The position numbers were made by a program, and so were the translations under genes. The notes under the pieces are model-generated. The model saw only the letters and a program-made list of their open reading frames with translations. It was not told where the DNA came from and did not search any database. Positions 17,933 through 25,903 of a DNA stretch of 64,000 nucleotides are shown piece by piece (the stretch's first letter is position 1; each line of letters begins with the position of its first letter). Origin of the DNA: a phage; the sequence record PZ386971.1; one strand, written 5' to 3'.

Positions 17933-18679
17933 ATGGCATCTCTCCAGGATCTACGCAAGCTGAATGACTTCGAAAACCGCCATTACACATTCCAGCAGTA
18001 CGAACTTCCTTACAAGGAACTGGAGTGTGTGACGACGGAAAACGGTCGTCATTATGTATCGCCGACTGGCGTCAAGCTGACATCCGTCACGACTATGCTG
18101 GGGCGTACTGGTGATCATGAATGGCTTGAGGCTTGGAGGAAGAAGCTAGGTGCAGAGGCCGCCGACCTTGAGACCATGCGTTGCGCTGACCGAGGGGAGA
18201 AGCTGCACCTTGCATGCGAACTGTATTTGAAGAACCGCCCAATGAAAGAAGTGTTGGAAGCGGCTGGCGAATACATGTTCATGTTCAAGCAGCTGTTCCC
18301 CTATCTGAACAAGATGACAAAGATCTATGCTCAGGAGATCCCATTATACAGCGAGGTGCTTGGTCTTGCAGGTCGAGTGGACCTTATTGGGATTTATGAG
18401 GGTAAACCTGCTATCATCGACTTCAAGACATCGAACATCATGAAGACGCGGGGAATGATCGAGGACTACAGTATCCAGCTGTGCTTATATTCGGTCATGT
18501 TCCAGCAGATGTTCGGTGTCAAGATCACCCGCCTCATCAATGTGATCGCCAACGAGTCTTCCCCTCTACCAACCGTCATTGAGTTCAACCGTGATGACAT
18601 CCTGACAAAGATGTTTGAGCGTGTTCGTCTGTACCATCGCATGGATAAAGAACAGAACGGAGTCTGGCCAGATCACTAA
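17933..18679 (+). CDS. PD-(D/E)XK nuclease, Cas4/RecB-like
   Basis: 248 aa; GRVDLIGIYEGKPAIIDFKTS (D...D/ExK) followed by QLCLY (QxxxY motif). Confidence 0.6.
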   Translation: MASLQDLRKLNDFENRHYTFQQYELPYKELECVTTENGRHYVSPTGVKLTSVTTMLGRTGDHEWLEAWRKKLGAEAADLETMRCADRGEKLHLACELYLKNRPMKEVLEAAGEYMFMFKQLFPYLNKMTKIYAQEIPLYSEVLGLAGRVDLIGIYEGKPAIIDFKTSNIMKTRGMIEDYSIQLCLYSVMFQQMFGVKITRLINVIANESSPLPTVIEFNRDDILTKMFERVRLYHRMDKEQNGVWPDH

Positions 18680-18683
18680 ATAC
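18674..18683 (+). promoter_or_regulatory. Late-promoter-like motif CACTAAATAC upstream of uvsW
   Basis: Same motif as upstream of the scaffold gene, about 25 nt before ATG 18708. Confidence 0.3.
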
Positions 18684-18707
18684 CCCATAATTCTTGGGAG
18701 ATTTTGT

Positions 18708-20216
18708 ATGGCAGACATCCAGATTGTTAAGGTTAATGAAGTCCGCATGCGTTGCATCGCAGATCTTTCTATCAGGGAAGAACTGAATGACTACTTCAAA
18801 TTCGAAGACCCGAACTTCGTTCCCAACCCCTTCTCTAAATGGGACGGGGTTGTTCGCTTGTTCACCAAGTCATCCGGCCTGATTGATATCGGCCTACTGT
18901 TTGAGGTGTTCAAGTTCTGCAAGAACAACAACTACACCATTGAACTGGATCCGGCTCTGAAGTACATTCAGGACATCCCAGACCAAGAAATCCATGACTT
19001 CATCAACAGTCTGCATCCAAAGATCCGCACCGAAAATCACGAATATATCGATGCCGAGACTCGTGACTACCAGTACGACACCATCGCCAAGGCTATGCGT
19101 CAAACCAGATGCGTCTGTGAACTGGCTACGAGTGCCGGTAAGTCCTTTATTCTGTATGTCATGGCGCGGTACTACAGGCAGCGCAGAGAAGCTCTCGAAA
19201 GTCCTCTGAAGACGCTTATCGTGGTTCCGTCAATTCACCTGGTCACTCAGCTGTACGACAACTTTGAAGAGTACGCACACGGCAGTGATTGGAAGCCCGT
19301 TGTCAACACTCAATTGATCTTTGAGGGCGCGACAAAGGAAATCAGCAAACCAATCGTCATCAGTACATGGCAGGGTATTCAAGACCAGCCGAAGGAATGG
19401 TTCCACCAGTTCGGTGATATCGTGGTGGATGAAGTGCACACCTCCAAGTCTGAGAAACTGTCTTACATCCTAAACAACTGCATCTATGCCGACCAGCGCC
19501 TGGGGGTTACAGGTACGCTGGCGAATACCAAAGTTGCCGGGCTTCAGGTGGTGGCTCACTTCGGGGCGTACCATAAGATCATCACGGCTCGCGATCTTAT
19601 CAATCTCGGGTACGCCACTGACATCAAAGTGAAGATGATTCAGCTGAAGCACACTCCGGCGGATGCTGTTGGTCTAGACGGGGATTATTCCAAGGAAATA
19701 GAATACCTTATCACACACCAGTCCCGCAACGAACTGATCGCCAAGATGGCACTGAATCTGAAAGGAAACGTGGCCATCATGTTCGAACGTATTGATGGTC
19801 ACATGATGGTCGTGTATGATATGCTGAGCGCAGTCAAGCCCAACGTGTTTGTCATCAACGGGGAAGTGAAGATCGAAGACCGCCGCCGCATACAGAAAGC
19901 GATGGAGGATGGAGAGGACATCACCCTGTTGGCATCATACGGGACAATGCAGCAGGGAGTGTCGATCAAGAAGCTACACCACCTTGTACTGGCACACCCG
20001 AGCAAGTCATATATCCGCGTCATACAGACATTGGGTCGTCTGATGCGTCAGCACTCCTCTAAGGACGTCGCGTGGATATGGGACTTAGTGGATGATGCAT
20101 CGTACAACGCCAGCACGAACCACGCTCTTAGGCACTCTCACGAGCGTTACAAGTTTTACCTGGCAGAGCGCCACCCTGTGGAATTCATGAAGGTGGCGCT
20201 GGGTAATCACGATTAA
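18708..20216 (+). CDS. uvsW: UvsW SF2 helicase
   Basis: ELATSAGKS Walker A, DEVH box, QPKEWFHQFG and KKLHHLVLAH match T4 UvsW QPKEWFSQFG and KNLHHVVLAH. Confidence 0.9.
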   Translation: MADIQIVKVNEVRMRCIADLSIREELNDYFKFEDPNFVPNPFSKWDGVVRLFTKSSGLIDIGLLFEVFKFCKNNNYTIELDPALKYIQDIPDQEIHDFINSLHPKIRTENHEYIDAETRDYQYDTIAKAMRQTRCVCELATSAGKSFILYVMARYYRQRREALESPLKTLIVVPSIHLVTQLYDNFEEYAHGSDWKPVVNTQLIFEGATKEISKPIVISTWQGIQDQPKEWFHQFGDIVVDEVHTSKSEKLSYILNNCIYADQRLGVTGTLANTKVAGLQVVAHFGAYHKIITARDLINLGYATDIKVKMIQLKHTPADAVGLDGDYSKEIEYLITHQSRNELIAKMALNLKGNVAIMFERIDGHMMVVYDMLSAVKPNVFVINGEVKIEDRRRIQKAMEDGEDITLLASYGTMQQGVSIKKLHHLVLAHPSKSYIRVIQTLGRLMRQHSSKDVAWIWDLVDDASYNASTNHALRHSHERYKFYLAERHPVEFMKVALGNHD

Positions 20217-20584
20217 TCTTGATTCACATAGGCGGGGGTGGCCTCGCCTTCATCAGATACTACGCCGAACAATTTGTCCAGAGAAGCCAGACATTGTGAG
20301 TTCAGGTGTTCACTGATCGTATCCTTCAGCATTTGTTCGCTGCCCATTTTGAATGGTAGAACCTTCGCTTCGATGCCGTTTTCAAACGTCACAACACCGA
20401 CATACAGACCAACTTTCAGGCCTGTCATCAAGCCAAGAGGGACAAATCGCGGCTCCGATGGTAAGTTCTTGTCTGACGCCAGCTGTGCCAGATAAACTGG
20501 GGTGCCTGTGACAAATTGCCCTGCGGTGAGGATGGCGTCTGGCTTACTGCATCCGACCGCATATAATCCTACGAACTGTTTCAT
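20213..20584 (-). CDS. Hypothetical protein (123 aa)
   Basis: Clean minus-strand ORF convergent with uvsW; AT-rich promoter region upstream. Confidence 0.5.
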   Translation of the reverse strand: MKQFVGLYAVGCSKPDAILTAGQFVTGTPVYLAQLASDKNLPSEPRFVPLGLMTGLKVGLYVGVVTFENGIEAKVLPFKMGSEQMLKDTISEHLNSQCLASLDKLFGVVSDEGEATPAYVNQD

Positions 20585-20768
20585 ATATTACTCTCGTGTG
20601 TTGGTTAACCTGACATACATATTATTTCGCATGCATGTTTAGACCAAATTAAATTAATTTTGCTGTTGAATAAAAAATTGCTTTCCTGTTGAACAATGGC
20701 GTGGTATTATACGAGTTGTGAGTGTTAACGAACAACGAGTATTTGTTTTATGAGCGAAGCGAATAGGA

Positions 20769-20817
20769 TTAATAAAGATTATTATCTTTAATAAAGGTTA
20801 TTATCTTTAATAAAGTC
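20769..20817. repeat. Tandem near-palindromic repeats, 2.5 copies of AATAAAG(A/G)TTATTATCTTT
   Basis: Each unit holds the inverted repeat AAAGAT-TATT-ATCTTT; lies in a 364-bp AT-rich divergent intergenic region. Confidence 0.6.
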
Positions 20818-20838
20818 CATAAATGCCGAAGGCATTTA
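20818..20838. promoter_or_regulatory. Perfect palindrome ATAAATGCC-GAA-GGCATTTAT (hairpin or operator)
   Basis: 9-bp inverted repeat with 3-nt spacer, directly after the tandem repeats. Confidence 0.45.
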
Positions 20839-20948
20839 TTAATAACGCGTAGCGCAATTTGCCACTTGTTCTATAAACAAAACACAGCGATACTAGATTG
20901 CGTCAAACATGACTTGAACCCCCCACTATATTTTGAGGATACATACAA

Positions 20949-21617
20949 ATGCAAGAGATCACTCTCTCCGAACGTACACTTCAGTTGCTGGCCAACTTTG
21001 AGACCATCAACCCATCTATCGTCCTGACACCGGGTAAGATGCTGCGCAGCATTAACGATTCGTCTACTGTTATCGCCGTGGCACAGATCGAAGAAGACTT
21101 CCCGTTTGAGTTCCCTATCCTGGACCTGACCAAACTTCTGGCCATCCAGCGCCTGCCTTCCTTCAAAGGTGGTAAAGCCGAATTCCATCAGGACTACATC
21201 CTGTTGAAAGGCGAAAACTCTCAGCTGCAATTCTGGCGTTCTGCTAAAGAACTCACTGTTGTTCCGGCTGACACCATTGAACTGCCGTCTGTCGACTTTG
21301 AAGCGATCATCACTCCAGAGAAGATGAAAGAACTGACCCGCGCCTGTTCTACCCTCGGACACAAGACTGTGCGCCTGGTTGCTCAGGGTGGCAAAACTCG
21401 CCTGGTTGCAACCACCACTACCCTGGACAACTCCAACAACTACACTGTTGAGCTGGGCGAAACCGCGCTGCCGGACTTCGTAATGCCGCTGGATGTTGCC
21501 AACCTGAAAATGATCGAAGGCAACTACACTCTGCGTGCCTGTGCTGATCTACAGATGGTGAACTTCCAATCATCCGACGCGACGATCAATTACTTCGTCG
21601 GCGCACAGATTGAGTAA
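20949..21617 (+). CDS. 45: Sliding clamp (T4 gp45-like)
   Basis: 222 aa; LLANFETINPSIVL and NLKMIEGNYTL resemble T4 gp45 LLKNFATINSGIML and NMKMQPGNYKL. Confidence 0.85.
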   Translation: MQEITLSERTLQLLANFETINPSIVLTPGKMLRSINDSSTVIAVAQIEEDFPFEFPILDLTKLLAIQRLPSFKGGKAEFHQDYILLKGENSQLQFWRSAKELTVVPADTIELPSVDFEAIITPEKMKELTRACSTLGHKTVRLVAQGGKTRLVATTTTLDNSNNYTVELGETALPDFVMPLDVANLKMIEGNYTLRACADLQMVNFQSSDATINYFVGAQIE

Positions 21618-21646
21618 TCAATCTCCAGCCTGATGCTATAATGTGT

Positions 21647-21670
21647 GGGCGGGGCGTTCCCCGCCTATTT
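21647..21670 (+). terminator. Attenuator or terminator hairpin between gp45 and gp44 genes
   Basis: GGCGGGGcgttCCCCGCC then TATTT; T4 has an analogous hairpin between genes 45 and 44. Confidence 0.5.
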
Positions 21671-21697
21671 GAAATGATTCTTCTACACGAGGCTGAA

Positions 21698-22687
21698 ATG
21701 TCTAATATCACTATCGTTTCCGACCAGTACGCATGGGAAAACAAGTACCGCCCTGACAACCTGGACGAGATTATCATCCCTCAAGACGTCCGCGCTAAAA
21801 TCCATGGCTACATCACCAGCGGCAACGGCAACATCCCGTCTATGCTGTTCTACTCCCCTCAGCCTGGTACTGGCAAGACTACCTCCGCCCTGGCCGTGTG
21901 TAATGAAATCGGTTGTAAGCAACCACTGATGATCAACGCATCCCTGGACAACAGCATCGACGTTATCCGTGACCGCGTGATTCAGTACTCTACTGGTGTG
22001 AGCGTATTCGGTGGTCGCAAAGTCGTTATCCTCGACGAAGTAGAGCGTCTGTCTATGGCGGCACAGGAGTCGCTGAAGGGTATTGTGGAGAAGGTCTCCA
22101 AGAACTGTTCATTCATCCTGACCACCAACGCCAAGCAACGTGTGAACGAACCTCTGCGCTCTCGTTGCCGTGAAATCGACTTTATCTGGAATGAGGCTGA
22201 GGCTGATGAGGTAAAACTTCAGTTCATGCGCCGCTGTGCTGAAATCCTTCGCTGCGAAGGTGTTGAGTATGACCCTCCTGTGTTGGCTGCTATTGTCAAG
22301 CGCCATTTCCCTGATAACCGCCGCATCATGGGTGTTCTACAGGATAACGTCACCACTTACGGCAAGATCGACGAACGTGCACTGGCTGTGTTAAAATCGG
22401 CCGATATGGGCATGTTGGTGAATATGTTGAAGGATAATGACTGGGCTGGGATGAAGCAGTGGGTGACCGACAACCAGAACTATATCACTGAAGACTTCTA
22501 TTCCCGCTTCTTCCAGTTCTGTGTACCACAGGATAAAGAGAAGCAAATGTTGGTTCAGAATGAGTCTATCCCTGATCTGGTATGCGTGTGTGGTCAGTCT
22601 CAGATTGAACACCGTCAGGTCGGCGATGTCTGGCTGCATGCTGTGTATTTCCTGACCAACGTCATGCTCAACATCAAGTGGAAGTGA
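21698..22687 (+). CDS. 44: Clamp loader large subunit (T4 gp44-like AAA+)
   Basis: SPQPGTGKTT Walker A (T4 SPSPGTGKTT), LRSRCREIDF (T4 LQSRCRVITF), C-terminal NIKWK (T4 EMQWK). Confidence 0.9.
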   Translation: MSNITIVSDQYAWENKYRPDNLDEIIIPQDVRAKIHGYITSGNGNIPSMLFYSPQPGTGKTTSALAVCNEIGCKQPLMINASLDNSIDVIRDRVIQYSTGVSVFGGRKVVILDEVERLSMAAQESLKGIVEKVSKNCSFILTTNAKQRVNEPLRSRCREIDFIWNEAEADEVKLQFMRRCAEILRCEGVEYDPPVLAAIVKRHFPDNRRIMGVLQDNVTTYGKIDERALAVLKSADMGMLVNMLKDNDWAGMKQWVTDNQNYITEDFYSRFFQFCVPQDKEKQMLVQNESIPDLVCVCGQSQIEHRQVGDVWLHAVYFLTNVMLNIKWK

Positions 22688-22691
22688 TACT

Positions 22692-23114
22692 ATGGCCGCC
22701 CTTGGATTGTTCGATTACCTGTCTGCTCTGAACAGCAGCAAAGAAAACCTTCTGCGGACTGATGACCCAGAAGTGTTGAAAGGATTCGACCCGTTTATGA
22801 CGCGGCGTGGTTTAGCTCAGAGCAAAGACACTCTAGTGACCGCTCAGCAGATGAACAAACTGCATGCTGTTACTCCATGGATGCAATGGTCATATGCCTT
22901 TCACACCATTCCGGCGCGGAAACGCTACGACAAATGGTCTAAGAAAGGTCCGATTGATCCTGACGTGAAGTTACTCTCCGAGTACTTCTACATCAGCATG
23001 GAGAAGGCATCCGAGTACGTCCGTTTCTTGCCGAAGGAAGTCCTGGCCGAAATACGCGAGAAGATGAGACGCACTGAGCTGAACGCCAAAGCGAAACCGC
23101 GCAAGGCTAAGTAG
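22692..23114 (+). CDS. 62: Clamp loader small subunit (T4 gp62-like)
   Basis: 140 aa; ARKRYDKWSK resembles T4 gp62 RGKRYGKWAK; follows gp44 gene. Confidence 0.7.
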   Translation: MAALGLFDYLSALNSSKENLLRTDDPEVLKGFDPFMTRRGLAQSKDTLVTAQQMNKLHAVTPWMQWSYAFHTIPARKRYDKWSKKGPIDPDVKLLSEYFYISMEKASEYVRFLPKEVLAEIREKMRRTELNAKAKPRKAK

Positions 23115-23143
23115 TTCAAACTATTGTGAAAGGAGAATGAGTC

Positions 23144-23608
23144 ATGGCGCGCAATACGCTAGACATATTGAACATTTCAGCCGTCAACGATGAGGCCAGC
23201 ATCGTTGATTGTATGGTTGAAGTTCAATTGAACCAAGATCGGCCAGGAATATTCCTGGGGATCAAGGAAACACTGAGCCGGATTGGGGTAAACACGCGCC
23301 AAGAGCCGAATACTCTGTATCAGACTTGCCATATTCTTCATAAGTGTGGTAAGTATTATATCGTCCACTTTAAGCATCTATTCATGCTGGACGGGCATTA
23401 CAACGGATTTAACCGCGAAGATGTCCTGAGGATGAACCGCATCATCAAGCTGCTGGAGCAGTGGAACATGGTGAAGGTCATTCATCCCGAGCAGGTCACC
23501 GAAGCCGCCGATATGTCACGCATTAAAGTGGTTAAACACGATCAGGTTCCTGAATGGAAGCTGGTCCCAAAATACATTATCCGGCCTACGAAGGCCAAGA
23601 GCGAATAA
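23144..23608 (+). CDS. regA: RegA translational repressor
   Basis: LYQTCHILHKCGKYYIVHFKHLFMLDG and EWKLVPKYIIRP match T4 RegA LYQSCHILQKKGLYYIVHFKEMLRMDG and EWKLVPKYTIG. Confidence 0.85.
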   Translation: MARNTLDILNISAVNDEASIVDCMVEVQLNQDRPGIFLGIKETLSRIGVNTRQEPNTLYQTCHILHKCGKYYIVHFKHLFMLDGHYNGFNREDVLRMNRIIKLLEQWNMVKVIHPEQVTEAADMSRIKVVKHDQVPEWKLVPKYIIRPTKAKSE

Positions 23609-23624
23609 CTGGAGTCGCTAAATC

Positions 23625-24497
23625 ATGACAACTACATTTTCTAAGAACGTGAATCTGAATCTGGCTTTCGGTAATGCAAAGGGCGACGTCACATCGCCTG
23701 ACTTTGGTAAGATCCGCAATCAGGCGAAACTGGTGCTGGAAGAGACCCGCGAACTGCTGGAAGCGGTGTTCTTTGACCATGATGTGAAGGTGGAATTCAC
23801 TGCAACTCCACGAGTCCTGAAAGAACCTGCCGTTGTGGACATCAAAGGCATCATGCGCCAGATCATGGATGCCCAGGGCGACATCACAACAGTCAACGAC
23901 GGTTTGGCTCATATTGCTGGTTTCGACGGCGACGAATGCCTACAGCGCGTGTATGCGTCTAACATGAGCAAGTTCATTCGCAATGAAGGTGAAGTTGTGC
24001 CTGCACTGGATTACTACTACAACAAAGGCTTCCCACGCGAAAGTCTGCGCATCGAAGGGGAATTCCCTCAGGCGTGCATCAAAGTGGTAGACACCATCAC
24101 CGTCGACGGCAAAGAATACCCGGCTGGCAAGTTCCTGAAGAACATGGCAACCTTCAAAGAGCCTGACTTCTCTGATATGCTGACTGCCGAGCCTAAGCGC
24201 CAGATCACTGAAATCATTCTGACGGGTACGGCCATTCCAGGCCAGCTCGGCTCTAACGAACACGCTGGTGTTGCCTTCGCTCCGTTCGATTTTATTGACG
24301 AGATCATGGGATACACCAAGATGGGCTTCCAGGCGTTCTCTGGCGAAACAGTCGAGAGCTACATTCCCGTGTTTGTTTTCAATGAAGACAACTTCCCAAC
24401 TCTACCGTTGATCTGGGGTGAATGGAAAGCCAACGTCCGTATCTATGTGGCCAGCCCAGTGCAATCATCTATCACCCAACTGACCCGTATCGATTAA
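23625..24497 (+). CDS. Hypothetical protein (290 aa) with weak MazG/HisE-like all-alpha NTP-pyrophosphatase signature at N-terminus
   Basis: EETRELLEAV (EExxE) segment; the full EExxE...EExxD motif is not convincingly present. Confidence 0.45.
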   Translation: MTTTFSKNVNLNLAFGNAKGDVTSPDFGKIRNQAKLVLEETRELLEAVFFDHDVKVEFTATPRVLKEPAVVDIKGIMRQIMDAQGDITTVNDGLAHIAGFDGDECLQRVYASNMSKFIRNEGEVVPALDYYYNKGFPRESLRIEGEFPQACIKVVDTITVDGKEYPAGKFLKNMATFKEPDFSDMLTAEPKRQITEIILTGTAIPGQLGSNEHAGVAFAPFDFIDEIMGYTKMGFQAFSGETVESYIPVFVFNEDNFPTLPLIWGEWKANVRIYVASPVQSSITQLTRID

Positions 24498-24565
24498 GAT
24501 ATACGGTTATTCACTAAACAACAGAGGCTATAATGGCCTCTGTTTTCGTATTCTAAGAGGATACC

Positions 24566-25789
24566 ATGAAAGATAAACCATATGACATCCCATATTGCGG
24601 TGTCCGTGAAACCAAAATCAAATCAGCCCATCCTATGTTAAGTTCATTCCACCGTCAGCTGGCATATGAATGGATGAGGGATCGTTATGCGATACATGTC
24701 AAGAAGGACGTGCAATGCCTTCCAGCGCCATGGACGGATAATCCGGTATTACGCCAAGTCAAGTTTTGTAACGTGCGGAGAGAGCACGATAGACAGTCTC
24801 GAAATTTGATCAATAATATCATCCTCAATCAGGATCTCACGCTATCTGACAAAATGTTCAACTGTGTATTGTTCCGCATGTACAACATGTGGGAACCTAT
24901 ACAGGCTTTGGGTGGTCCATGGACGATCGAAGAATTCGGAAACATAAATCTTGAATGGTGTCGAAGTGTTCTTCAGGAATTCGAATCTAAAGGTGGCAAA
25001 GTTTTCACCAATGCGTTTAATACAGGCGGTCTGAAACAATGCCTGGCTTTCCCCGAACTAGTTGTCAACCACAAGGAGCAGCGCTTCGGTGGGATGATGG
25101 TGAATCTGATCTGTAAAGACGGTTCAACCCAGAACATGGATTACAAGGAAGCCAAGGCCATCGCTGAAGCAGAGCCGGACTTCTACACCATCGAAGGTTG
25201 GGAACCGTACATGCCAATGCGTGTCATCCGCTCCCTGAAGGCATTCGTCAACAAACACCCTCATTACTTTGATCGCCTCAGGGAATTTAGCCGTCCCGAC
25301 TCTGTTTACCAGGCGATGTATGACGACATTGAGGGGCTTGGACCATTCTTGGCATACCAGATTTGGGTTGATTTTACATACATCGATGAATATCCATTCA
25401 GTGAAAACCACTTCACTATCGCTGGTCCAGGTTGCCGTGCTGGTATCGATCTGTTATTTTTGGACAAGGACGGCATGACGCATGAAGAATGCATATTCTG
25501 GGTTCGTGATCATCAAGATCAATTGTTCGCTCAGTATGGGTATAAACGTAATGAATTTTGGTCGGCAGAAGAACCGGAAGATCGTTGCATGAATGTTATG
25601 CAGCTGGAGAACATGTTCTGTGAACTTCAGAAATATACCCGCTGTGTTGAGGCAGTGATGCGCGGGGAGAAACCTCGAGGAAAGGTGGGGTATGACGGGA
25701 ATGGTAGTGCGTATAAGCAACGTTGTGATGAAGTCGTGCTCAAACGTGGTTCCGTCAATTTGCTGGACCGTTTGAAGAAACCTGAATAA
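24566..25789 (+). CDS. Hypothetical protein (407 aa), orphan enzyme-like
   Basis: Long clean ORF with RBS; no recognisable P-loop, methyltransferase or ligase motif. Confidence 0.55.
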   Translation: MKDKPYDIPYCGVRETKIKSAHPMLSSFHRQLAYEWMRDRYAIHVKKDVQCLPAPWTDNPVLRQVKFCNVRREHDRQSRNLINNIILNQDLTLSDKMFNCVLFRMYNMWEPIQALGGPWTIEEFGNINLEWCRSVLQEFESKGGKVFTNAFNTGGLKQCLAFPELVVNHKEQRFGGMMVNLICKDGSTQNMDYKEAKAIAEAEPDFYTIEGWEPYMPMRVIRSLKAFVNKHPHYFDRLREFSRPDSVYQAMYDDIEGLGPFLAYQIWVDFTYIDEYPFSENHFTIAGPGCRAGIDLLFLDKDGMTHEECIFWVRDHQDQLFAQYGYKRNEFWSAEEPEDRCMNVMQLENMFCELQKYTRCVEAVMRGEKPRGKVGYDGNGSAYKQRCDEVVLKRGSVNLLDRLKKPE

Positions 25790-25903
25790 AGATTCCCTTT
25801 ACTTCGTTCTTCAATAACTCAATCCAGCGTATATTAACCTCACTTAAACGAAGCGCCCTGGCAAACGGGGCGCACATTTGAACTGAAACAGGAAGATTAC
25901 ATC

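Noticed and set aside
20769-20817. Possible CRISPR array
   Set aside because: Only 2.5 directly abutting AT-rich repeat copies with no spacers; no other repeat-spacer structure seen in the window.
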